A stretch of 63,244 nucleotides of DNA, filler included, from Collodictyon triciliatum (Eukaryota): the NCBI GenBank assembly GCA_043381765.1. It is 15 parts of 15 records of this genome, joined end to end, with 100 filler letters (N's around TTAATTAATTAA, not from the genome) between each part and the next. Parts side by side here need not be neighbours in the genome. Positions count along the whole stretch, not along the records: positions 22,324 to 26,686 come from JBHJMP010006188.1; positions 26,787 to 29,947 come from JBHJMP010006189.1; positions 30,048 to 34,408 come from JBHJMP010006191.1; positions 34,509 to 38,867 come from JBHJMP010006192.1; 11 more parts are not named here. The stretch is one strand, 5' to 3'. The stretch's first letter is position 1, and the number at the start of each line of letters is the position of its first letter. The notes below the pieces were generated by a model. The model was not told the origin of the DNA. It ran no database searches and saw only the letters and a program-made list of their open reading frames with translations. A program made the translations under genes and the position numbers. Shown here piece by piece: positions 25,205 to 36,166 of the stretch.

Positions 25205-26268
25205 TCACTTGGAGCCTTGGGCCATGTTTGGCTTGGGTATGGCTAAGATGATATCCACATTGCTGCATTCTTTCTTCAGGGACTGGATGAACTCTATCAA
25301 CTGAGTATACGTTTTATTTGATTTTAAGGCGATGAAATGTTCTTTAACTTTAGTTATCACATAATTTGATATATATTTGTATCGTTTTATTTGATGAGCC
25401 ACCTTTGCCTCGTTGCCAATCCTAACAGGACGTTCCAACCTGGAGTCCAAGTTCCAAAAGATACCACCGAATTTGCGTATGGCAAACCAATGTCTTTTGG
25501 TGTTGCAGAGAAATAAAATTCCATTAATTGGTATATTCGACCTTATTCTATGTCATTCGTTAGAAGAATGAGAAATGCCTCAATCATAATTTATTGACTT
25601 TATTATAAACCTAAAATTCATTCTAAATAGCTTAAACAAAAATAAGAAAATAATCCGGAAATAACCTATCAGAAAAAATCCCCAAGTTCAACCAAGACGG
25701 CTTAAAAGTATTCACTATGATTCCAAATGGCCTATTCCAATCGAATGAACTCATTTCTGAATTGATTTTTTTTATTTTCAAACAAGCCACGGTGAGAAAA
25801 GAATGTAAGTTGTTTCATAAGCTGGGCTGGGTAGTTACATCGGGCATTATATACATACTGGGAAAGCAGGATAGATAAAAGGGAATTGGTCGAACGATAT
25901 AATAAATAATTACAAAGAGAATATAAAAGTGGTTGAGTACTCAAATAAGAAGTATTCAATATCCAAACCTTTCCTTGCATCAAGCCACTCAAGCTCTAAA
26001 TCTTCCAAAGCCAAGGCAAGGGCCATAACATTAAAATCATAATCGCCAACTTTTCTATTACATAATACTGGTTATGCGCAGAATATCCAATCAAATTTGA
26101 AAATAAAATAAAAAATACCAAAAAAATCAAAAAAAAAGTAGAATATAATCGAAAACAATACAACGTGCTGCGATGAGGGTGGAATAGATAGAATCCGGGT
26201 GTCGTTTGTTTTGCAAGTTCATCTGCATAGTGGTCAAAGTCACTTTTGCTGAACCGACTCTTTTGTAA
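25205..26268 (-). CDS. Josephin-domain deubiquitinase (JOSD1/2-like), 5'-partial
   Basis: Exons LQKSRFSKSDFDHYADEL...HPHRS / GDYDFNVMALAL...LEWLDAR / RHWFAIRKFGGIFWNLDSRLERP contain the Josephin HW..IR and NLDS catalytic His/Asp motifs. The catalytic-Cys exon is not found on this contig. Confidence 0.88.
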
Positions 26269-27184
26269 CTGTATGCACGAAGAAATAAAAGCAGGATTAT
26301 GTAAGCAAAAGGAAAAGGGAACTAAGAATCAGTAATTATCGGCAAAATCTGGTTCTTCGCCTCTGGCGGGAAACAGACGTAGATGGCTGATAGAGTACGT
26401 ATGTGCCTTACAGGAGCCAGGATTGCCACCCAATGATAAAAAAAAATATAAAAGGAGACAAGAAAAGTCGGCCAAGCTTCAGGGTTTCGCTGGCTTTCAC
26501 TCTCGGATTCTCATCCTCGAATGGATTATATTTTTTTCTTGTTCTAGAGGATGCAATATAAATAAAGAAAAAGAAAAAAGATAGAAAAAAAAAGATAGAA
26601 TAAAAAAAGATAGAATAAAAAAAGATAGAATAAAAAAAGATAGAATAAAAAAAGATAGAATAAAAAAAGATAGAATAAAAAAAGATNNNNNNNNNNNNNN
26701 NNNNNNNNNNNNNNNNNNNNNNNNNNNNNNTTAATTAATTAANNNNNNNNNNNNNNNNNNNNNNNNNNNNNNNNNNNNNNNNNNNNCCTGCACATCCTCA
26801 CCTACTTTGGAACTACTTGCCTGATGGTTGAATGAAAGATTGTTGAGACGGGCTCAACAGCTAAGATTTTTAGAATAAAAAAAAAGTGGCATCCTCTCTT
26901 CATCTGCTCGCGGCCTATGCTAACGCCCCGCGATTTCTTTTTTTTTTTTTTTATCTTTTAGACAAATGGGGCTGCGAAGGATTGAATCAAGAGCTAATTA
27001 TTGAAGGAATTGAACAAGGCTGATATGGACTTTGGAGTGGTCTGCATCCCAACTGATGCATCGCTGGAATGAGAGACCCGGTGCTTCAACGCCCAAGTGA
27101 GTAGCCTTGCAGGTGGTGTTGTTACTTTCAAGGGAATCTTTCAGAGCACCCTATTGACGATTTTAAGGTTGAATATTTATCTTC

Positions 27185-27226
27185 TGATATCAATATATAC
27201 TTAATATTAAGTATATATTGATATCA
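27185..27226. repeat. Perfect 42-bp palindrome
   Basis: TGATATCAATATATACTTAAT|ATTAAGTATATATTGATATCA is its own reverse complement, with no spacer. Confidence 0.95.
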
Positions 27227-27677
27227 TTTTCCTCTTCATAAAATTTGTTTTTTTTTTCTAAGGGCCACAACCTTATCTATAGTCGTGCGGATTTGTGCCA
27301 TCCTTTCGATAAACCGTTTTGCTTCGTGTTCCTCTATCCACAATAATTAATTGTTAGACTCTACTACATAAAAATAAAGGGTTCGTATTGAAATCATATT
27401 GAATTTCATTAAGCCAGCAACTCCACCATCATGCACAAAATTGAAAGGAAGAATAAAAAAAATATTGAATTTCATTACCACCGTTTATTGCAGAGTCAGT
27501 CTTGTTTTCGATTGCGATTCCAAGTAAATGCAATTAAATCATCGAATCAAGTGGCCGTTAATGCACATAAAGTGGTTAATTACAAAGTTTTCATGATTAA
27601 TATTCTTTCATGGTCATTTCAATTCGGGGTGTAGTGAAAATAAGAAGCATTTGTAGATGGAGAGTATCAAAAATAAC

Positions 27678-28693
27678 TCATAGTGAAGCAAGTACGCTTA
27701 TATTCAAGTCTTTCAGGTCATCATTTTTTGTCTCGATAACTACTGATGAGTCACTAAATGTAAGACGAACGAGCCCAACTTTTTCTCCATTACTCATGAA
27801 AATCGGTACTATCTCCACTTTATCTTCAATATCCAGAATATAAGATGGCACAGAAAATGACATCTAGAAAATGAATAAAAGTTATGGAAAATACACAAGG
27901 CTTGTTTCTAGGAACAACCTAGAAATCGAGTATATTCCTCTCTACCGCGATATCAAACAAGTGAAAGGAGCCCTTACGACGTTTGGAAGATACTTGTCCA
28001 AATTCCATTCCATGACACCCAGCGGTTTATCGTGGCTTATAAAGGCGCCGCGCACGGACGCTGACAAGTTGTTGATATTCCCTATTCTTTCAATTCCTCG
28101 GTCCTATCTGTGAATGCTGTTCTCATTATGGTATATCATTCTCAGCAAGATGGCAGCTAAAACCAAGGACGATATCAAGAGGCCGAGCATGAGGCACCCA
28201 TAGAGAGAAGCACACAATGCACTGCCCAGTAGTGCTCCTTTTCCCGCTTTCTTACCCTTGTTATAAGTAGACTGGTTTGAGTATGGATTGGAGCCCCAGA
28301 ACGGAATGAAGCCTGGCAGCCCAGACAACCCTCCTCCGACATTTGCAGACGGTAGACCCATTCCATGGACTCCACCTCCTGTCCCAATGTTTCCTCTCAT
28401 ATGATACGGGTCCAAAGCCCTGTACATGATGGACCCATCGTTGGCTCCGAAAATGTTGCGCATCTGCTCTTCATTGGCTGCCAAAACATCCCTTCCTGTC
28501 ACGTTGTTCATTTGGATGTATTGGATAGTAGAGGGGCTCATATTAATGCCGTGAGTCCATTCAGCCACCTGAAGGCTGTTGTACATCGCAAAATCTGTAA
28601 AGAAAAAGGATTGTTTATTTCTCGGTAGTTTGGTAATTTTATGCGTCTAGTTGCTTGTTCTCATAAAGCGATTTGTTCCTTACCACCAGGCAT
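27678..28693 (-). CDS. Membrane protein with an N-terminal SAM-like domain, Gly-rich linker and transmembrane helix; multi-exon, boundaries approximate
   Basis: YNSLQVAEWTHGINM...FIT to SAM pattern: SLQVAEWTHGINMSPSTIQYIQMNNVTGRDVLAANEEQMRNIFG matches W...V..WL..I.......F..N.I.G..LL.L....L. Followed by hydrophobic ALLGSALCASLYGCLMLGLLISSL and further in-frame GT..AG exons. Confidence 0.6.
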
Positions 28694-29162
28694 CCCACCC
28701 AAGCTGGAACTCCTGTAAGGTAGTGTGGATGTCAATCTGCTTATTTGTTGCCAACGCCACGCTATCCGGAATACTTGTAGGTATTTTTCGCAACCACAGA
28801 CAGTCAATCCAGCTTTTCTTTATAACTTTGTAGCGCGATTATGGGCGGACTAGACTCTAAATTGTAAATGATTCTCAAGGCCAACAATAAGCCCAGAATT
28901 AAGTTTATTTATACTTTTCAAAGGTCTTAAAATAACCATGGACACAGCGAAATGGCCAGGTAAGCACGGACAGGCTTTGATGCCAAGTCAAGGCAAAACA
29001 CAATGCTTCTTCAGTAATTTTCATTAAATCAAAGTGCCCATTAAAAGCAACCAGCCACTACTGATATTAAATAGGAAATTTATTGATAAAGGAAGACTTT
29101 CCAAAACATGAAATAAGCTGATGATATTCTTATTATTTATAGTCAAAGAATAAAACAAGAAA

Positions 29163-29246
<84 letters not shown>

Positions 29247-29853
29247 AAAAAGACCTCGAAGTTTTAGGTTGATAGGCATCGAAGATTTCAAGTAAAGCGA
29301 TGGCTGGTCAGAAAAAAGGAATAATTTTGCATACTGATAAAGGGTATTTATTCTTTGGGACACGTCCATAATCAAAACGCCTTGAGCGATAATTATAAAT
29401 CATTTAAAAAAAAAACAGGAAGGCAAGATAAAACATAAACAATGCAGTCCTATAAAAATAAGACACTAACTAGGATATAATAGAGTTTAGATATTTGAAG
29501 GGCTCGAAGGATTCATCACAAAAGTAACCAAGAAAAGAGAAAGCAAATCATGCAAATGCCATGGCTGACAGAGAAGCTTCCACATAGAAGTTTTTTTTTG
29601 GCCCTAGCGCACCACATTCTCCGTTGGAAAGACTTGAATACATTTAAAGACTACGGAAGGAACTGGCGAATCTAATGCGCCTCGGGGTGGGAGGCTTCTT
29701 CAAAGTTTGATGAGTAATGCTTGCTACTCAACTGCGAAGGCAAAAGATAGACTGGTTGAGGCGTTGCCAATCCTAAAAGGTAAAATTTTTAAAGAATATT
29801 AGTGGCCCATGGTGATTGCAGAAATCAATCATTCATTCGAACCATTCACACAC

Positions 29854-29884
<31 letters not shown>

Positions 29885-30646
29885 ACGGGTTATTGGAAAA
29901 ATAAATGATGAAGAAGAAAGCAATTTGTGGTGGGAACTGTCAAATAANNNNNNNNNNNNNNNNNNNNNNNNNNNNNNNNNNNNNNNNNNNNTTAATTAAT
30001 TAANNNNNNNNNNNNNNNNNNNNNNNNNNNNNNNNNNNNNNNNNNNNATTTGTTTGTATTTGTTTGTATTTGTTTGTATTTGTTTTAATTTGTTTTAATT
30101 TGTTTTAATTTGTTTTAATTTGTTTTAATTTGTTTTAATTTGTTTTAATTTGTTTTAATTTGTTTTAATTTGTTTTAATTTGTTTTTGGCGATCTGCAAA
30201 TTTTTTTTGCAATTTTTGAATTTTTGAATTGTTGCCTATTGGCACTGTGCATTTGTGGAGCACATTTTATTTGCGAAAGTCATTATCCATCACATTCAAA
30301 GAAATGTTAAGACAGATACGAAAGGTTACGAAGATATGAACCAAGTTCATACAATACATGATAAGTCGTAAAATTGGTATTAGAAACATGAAAATGGGCT
30401 TGAAAAATGATACTGCATCCACAAGATATCGACATTATAGTAAAATCCACATTTGATTAGTTCATGAATGACCGAATTGGATTTCCAGAACAGTACAAAA
30501 CAAGATTATTCCATAAATATGACCTGATTTGGATCTGAATGAGAAAACCGTTCCAGCCCGCAAATATGTGTCGACCTGCTTTTTGTCGCATAACCGCAGC
30601 GGACGCACGCAGCCCCAGCAACAGACCGACACCAGCAAGAGAGGGA

Positions 30647-30655
30647 TATATATAA
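30647..30655 (+). promoter_or_regulatory. TATA-like element upstream of the candidate structured RNA
   Basis: TATATATAA embedded in GC-rich sequence, starting 24 bp before the predicted 5' stem strand at 30671. Confidence 0.45.
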
Positions 30656-30670
30656 GCGATTCGATCGAAC

Positions 30671-31062
30671 GAGCACCCGAGCGAACTAAATTCGGGAAAC
30701 CTGGGTTCGTGCGTCCAGTCGGCCAGGCGCAGATGCCAATACCTCTCTGGGCTGCCTGAGAGCTCTCCCGAAATGAATCCAGGGAAGACCTTGGAAGCAG
30801 CAGCCGTGAGCCAGGAAGGCCCAACTTAGAATGGGGCAGGACTTTGCAAAGCTTAGAAGCCCCAAAAGGGCGATCGTCCCACTACCATTGGCCTGGCCGC
30901 AAAGCTGGGCGATGGGACTGAGAGAGTGAGAAGAGGAGAAGCAGAACACGAGTGTGTGTAGGCGCCTTGAAGCCAAGTCTTAGTGCTTAACAGACCGAGC
31001 CTCGCTCTACCATTCCCTCGCCTTAATTGCTCATCAACTACACCACATCGCCCACTTTTTTT
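30671..31062 (+). ncRNA. Candidate structured ncRNA with an atypical RNase P-like arrangement
   Basis: Hand-identified pairings: GAGCAC 30671 with GTGCTT 30983; CCTGGGTTC 30700 with GAATCCAGG 30775; AAGACCTTGG 30785 with CCAAGTCTT 30973 (one bulged C); GTCCCA 30876 with TGGGAC 30913, followed by TGAGA. First T7 run at 31056-31062. No convincing protein in any frame. Confidence 0.35.
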
Positions 31063-31303
31063 AGTTTTATTTTTATTTATTTGTTTATTTGTTTATTTAT
31101 TTGTTTATTTATTTGTTTATTTATTTGTTTATTTATTTGTTTATTTATTTGTTTATTTATTTGTTTATTTGTTTGTTTTTTTTTGTTTGTTTGTTTTGTT
31201 TGTTTGTTTTGTTTGTTTGTTTGTTTGTTTGTTTGTTTGTTTGTTTGTTTGTTTGTTTGTTTGTTTGTTTGTTTGTTTGTTTGTTTGTTTGTTTGTTTGT
31301 TTT
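31063..31303. repeat. (TTTA/TTTG)n compound microsatellite
   Basis: Directly visible; source of the LFVC/QTNK pseudo-ORFs. Confidence 0.95.
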
Positions 31304-31740
31304 CTACTCCGGGGCACTCTTGTCCCTCACCGCATATTTGTGTCACCTGTCCTCTTCTCTACTGACCAACACGCACAATATTCCGTATGTTTGATGCTTC
31401 TTTCGACATGGCCTCCAGGTGATCATGTCTAGAATCCTTTGCGCTCCCCTGCGTACTTTTCCGCTCCCGACTCTTCTGCTTCGAAAGCGGGCCGGTTCGC
31501 CTTGCATTCCTCGACTCCTCTCCTTTCTGTCGAATTTCTGTTGTTGGCCTTGTTTGCGCTGGTTTAAATCCGCGAGTGGGCTGAGTTGATCAAGAAACTA
31601 AGACGCTGTGAGGCTATTGTCTCCTTTTCTCAAGCAACATACCAACTGCACTAATTCCTCCCTGTGAAAACAATAATAGAAAGCCAACACAAGAACAACA
31701 CAACAACAACAAAAAAAAAAAGAAGCAAACATAGCAACAA

Positions 31741-31837
<97 letters not shown>

Positions 31838-32117
31838 AACTCATGTATTACAACAAACCTGCAACTTTTATGGTCTTTACTCTCGATTGTGATCAACACT
31901 CGCTAAATGAAAATGTAGAAAAGAGAAAAAAAACCTTGGTAGTCAACCAAACGAAAAACTTTTACTCTAGAATGACACTTTACGGACTCAAACTCCAAAT
32001 CCTCCACCTCAAAGCATGATCCATATATCTGCAAACACATCACATAGAAGCCTAGGCTCGTTCCATACCCAATATTTGAACTCTTTTCTATTCGCAGAGA
32101 CTTCCAGCCTGCCCATA

Positions 32118-32694
32118 ATGAGTGAACTGTCCAAGAGGTCTCCTACAGCTGAATATTCCAACGGATCATCAAGCGAGGCAAAGCGGGTGAAAAAGTAATC
32201 AACGATCAAGCACATATGGCTTCCGACTAACGTCCACTTATAATTGTCCCTTTTGATTCTCTGTGTTATGTGTCAGCCTGGGCATAATATAGCTACCCCA
32301 CTCACGGGATTTATCTACTGTTGATCAATAAGAAAAAAAAAGATAATAAAATACACACGAAAACAATAGAACGGCATACCCGACGCCGCATGACTGGAGC
32401 CCATCATCATGGAGGGAAAAGCCTGCCAAACAATTACCCGTTTATTCTGACCCTGCTGCAGTGAAAAGAGTCACGGACACTCTGGAGTCTCTCCCACCCC
32501 TCGTATGTTGACACCCCCTGTCTCCCTCCAAAATCACCGTCCGTTACCTTTTCCTCTGCTTGCATGTGAATCCTCTATATATACATGAACCCTATTCATT
32601 CTAACTTACGGGACGACAAGAGACTCTTAAAATATCACTGTTATTTTTTTCTAAAAAAAAAAAAAAAAAAAAAAACTAAAAAAAAAAATTTTAT

Positions 32695-32725
<31 letters not shown>

Positions 32726-34291
32726 TCGATATTGAAGCAAGCCATTTTGAATGGTGGAGGATATGCAATTTCGGCTTTTCTTCCCTATATATATTTCACG
32801 TTGAGGACTTATGCCACGTCATTTATTCTACCATCTGTAAGGTATCAGGAACTGTTGTATACAGAAGACTTATGTGCATCAAATACTAACTATATCAGGT
32901 ACACGCCGGGGAAGTTGATGCGTTAAAGCAGGCACTTAAAGAGGCTGGTCGAGGCAAGCGCTTTCTTCTTCAAGTAATAGATTAATTCAGAACTGGGCAT
33001 CACGTCTCTTATCTACTTGAAAAGAATTGTACTTACCCAGCACTGTTGTCTAACTGCTTTGTTTAACCCTTTTGTTTTGGAGCTTCAATGTCATCCTATT
33101 TTCCCCTTGGAATCGCTTACTCACGAGTGGTGGATTAATGAAGGGTGGGGACTGCGCTGAGGCATTCAAGGACTGCAACGCCACAGTTATTGAAAACAAA
33201 CTTAAGATCATCCTTCAAATGGGTACTGTCCTAACTTGGGGAGCTCGTATCCCGCTGGTCCGTGTTGCTCGTATTGCTGGGCAGTTCGCCAAGCCCCGGT
33301 TTGTTGCGATCCGAACATACATTTATTGGAATGTTCCTCTTCACACGCATACACATTAATATATACAACATGCTCTTTGCCATTTACTAAAACTTTCATA
33401 CCCCTGGACACTCTCAGGTCGAAGCCTGTCGAGATGGTTGAAGGAAAGGAGTATCCTGCATACCGTGGAGATAATGTCAACGGCATGGCATTGGAGGACC
33501 GTAACCCCGACCCCGACCGAATGATTCAAGCCTATTTTTACTCTTCCTCCACGCTGAACTACATTCGTGCCTCCCTGGGTGGTGGCATGGCTGACATTCG
33601 CAATCCCCAGCACTGGGACCTTGTACGTTCATAATTTATTGTCTAGATACCACAGCCATTTTCAACGAATGTACCTTGATTACGGCTCCAAAACTTTCAA
33701 AGATATTATATTATCATCCACGCTCTTCTTGCCTTGATTATATGTGCGTGTTTGATGTTTTCTAAAATTTATACATGATAAAAATACCTCAGCATTTTGT
33801 ACGCTGCGATTCCAGACGTGTAGAGTATGAGGGCATGGTTGATAGAATTCTCGATTCTCTGGACTTTCTCAAGACAATAGATTCAAACCCCTCTGACTCT
33901 GCCTTGAAGAGTACCGAGATGTATACATCTCACGAAGGCCTTCTTCTACCATACGAAGAGGCATTGACCCGGAAGGTTGGAAACAACTATTACAACCTCA
34001 GGCATGTTTTATTCTATTTTTCTCCCGGAGAAAATTTGCCACTCCGTCACTCCCAATAGCCCTATACCTCCTAAGTTCGACTGGTTCTTTTTTTTTTTTT
34101 CGCTCGTGGCAATCTGTGAAACTCTGCAAATAATGTACAACTTAATCTATTAGCGGCCACTTTTTGTGGATCGGGGATCGCACAAGAGACCTGGACGGTG
34201 CCCACGTTGAGTACTTTCGAGGTATCGCCAATCCGATCGGCATCAAGGTCGGACCCACCACAAATATGACTGAGCTTGTCGAGCTGGTGAA
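32118..34291 (+). CDS. Class II DAHP synthase (first step of the shikimate pathway), seven exons visible, 3'-partial
   Basis: Spliced translation gives [17 protein letters not shown]...LPPL / RFLLQ / GGDCAEAF / [11 protein letters not shown] / YRGDNVNG / [17 protein letters not shown] / [35 protein letters not shown], all hallmark AroA-II motifs. Confidence 0.97.
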
Positions 34292-34508
34292 GTAAGTGTC
34301 ATATAATCACATACATACATACATACATACATACATACATACATACATACATACATACATACATACATACATACATACATACATACATACATACATACAT
34401 ACATACATNNNNNNNNNNNNNNNNNNNNNNNNNNNNNNNNNNNNNNNNNNNNTTAATTAATTAANNNNNNNNNNNNNNNNNNNNNNNNNNNNNNNNNNNN
34501 NNNNNNNN

Positions 34509-34630
34509 AGACCCAATCTACTGACTTCGGGTGGAAGGGCCCTCAGCTATGGTCACCATCATTATCACCATCACAACACAAACATGCCGGCGTAGCAATC
34601 CTGTGCAAAAGGTGGTTTAAAAGCTTGTGA
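34509..34630 (+). mobile_element. Fragment of an APE-type endonuclease domain of a LINE (L1/Tx1-like)
   Basis: The contig begins (E?)TQSTDFGWKGPQLWSPSLSPSQHKHAGVAILCKR, matching the QET..W.G...S...GVAIL arrangement of LINE endonucleases. The frame stops at 34630. Confidence 0.5.
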
Positions 34631-36166
34631 TGATTGAAATAACATATTTTTTTTTATTATTTCTCAAATTCAGATTCTAATGTATATGACTTGGTTAACA
34701 TCTCCCGTCAAACAGGTTTCTGCACCATCTATGTGTTCTATACTGACGAAGTGCTGAGAGCAGGTATGTTTGTTTGTGGTATGAGAAATACAAACTCGCT
34801 CTCATCAGTGTTTCAGACATATCCACATGATTCTATTACCCACATCGCAGCAAATGTTGGCTATATCAATGTAGCAGAGCCTTTCTAAATCACGTTGACA
34901 AAACAAATTACTTATATTTCTATGCATTACAATATCTGTTTCATGGTGTTTGAATTTTATATCTTTTATTAAATGACCTAAATATACTATTATTCTCGTA
35001 CATATTCTCTTAGTATCATGTATTTCGGTTCATATTCTATATTTACAAAAATCAAGAACTGATGGATTTTCACGAAAAAATATTAATGGTTATTGAACAC
35101 ATATGAATGCAGTTTTCAGCTAAATTCGAAAAAATACCGTTCGTGAATAATTATATTAATGCCATGTTTTAATTCATTTTTTGATACATTAAACGAATGA
35201 ACAGGCTTTAAGATTACGCCCTTGTATTTCAAAATCGATGGATATCTTTCGTTTTACTATACAGTCGCATTTATTTTACTCTGAAACCAATTTTTTCGTT
35301 GACTTAAATTAGAGGACATGCACAGTTTTATGAACTTTCACTTAAGTGAATTAGCAAGTTGAACGAGTGAATCAATCAAAAAAATTTCATATACTTCCTA
35401 TCTACGAATAAAAAAAATTACATTTATTGTGATGAATTTTCATTGCTATTAATGACTGATTGGTTATTTATATGGAATTTCAATGAGGAGCTCAATCATC
35501 ATGAATCAAAGAAAAGCATGAAGCCTAAAAAAATAATTATATCAAAGAAAAACGGAAAACATAATTGAAATAGTTAAAATTAAATTACACTCGAATAGAA
35601 TGATACTAAAAAAAATGGAAAAGCATAAAAACCATAAATTGTATTACTGATGTTGTTATCGATGCATTTACTTAAATTATAGGAATAATCATGTTCTCTA
35701 CTGGAATGAATGTTGACATTGGAAAGAATGCAATCGATGTTGATGAGGTAGGATCTAAGTGTGAACAAACTTTTTTATATTCTCTTTTACTGTTAATTAT
35801 ACAGGGATTCACATATTATGATTACTCAGGTCTCTTCAGGCTGGACCTCCCATCAACCTGACCGCCCAACAGCTGGAAAATATACGGCCACAAATGAAGT
35901 CGATGAGACATCAGATTTCCTCAGGTTGATTAAAAGGCTCTTTGATGTGTGCTCTGTTTGCCACAAACCATCCAAATTTTCGTTTTTCGTTTATTAATGA
36001 ATGATGTGATATTTCTCATGTTTTTATCATCCTTTTTACCCAATAAATAATATGAATGTAATAGTCTTTGTCTTCTGGATGGTGGCCGTGAAAGTGCGTA
36101 TGATGGTAAAATTCGAGATGATGTTCACGGAGGGGTTAGCGAACATACAAGTAATCGATGTAATTC

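Noticed and set aside
30775..30805. CAGG...GGAAGCAGC as SRP RNA helix 8, or the 30.7-kb RNA as telomerase RNA or U3
   Set aside because: Spacing does not give the GNRA-capped helix 8 and no Alu domain is visible. No 1.5-repeat telomeric template and no U3 box A/C/D set were found.
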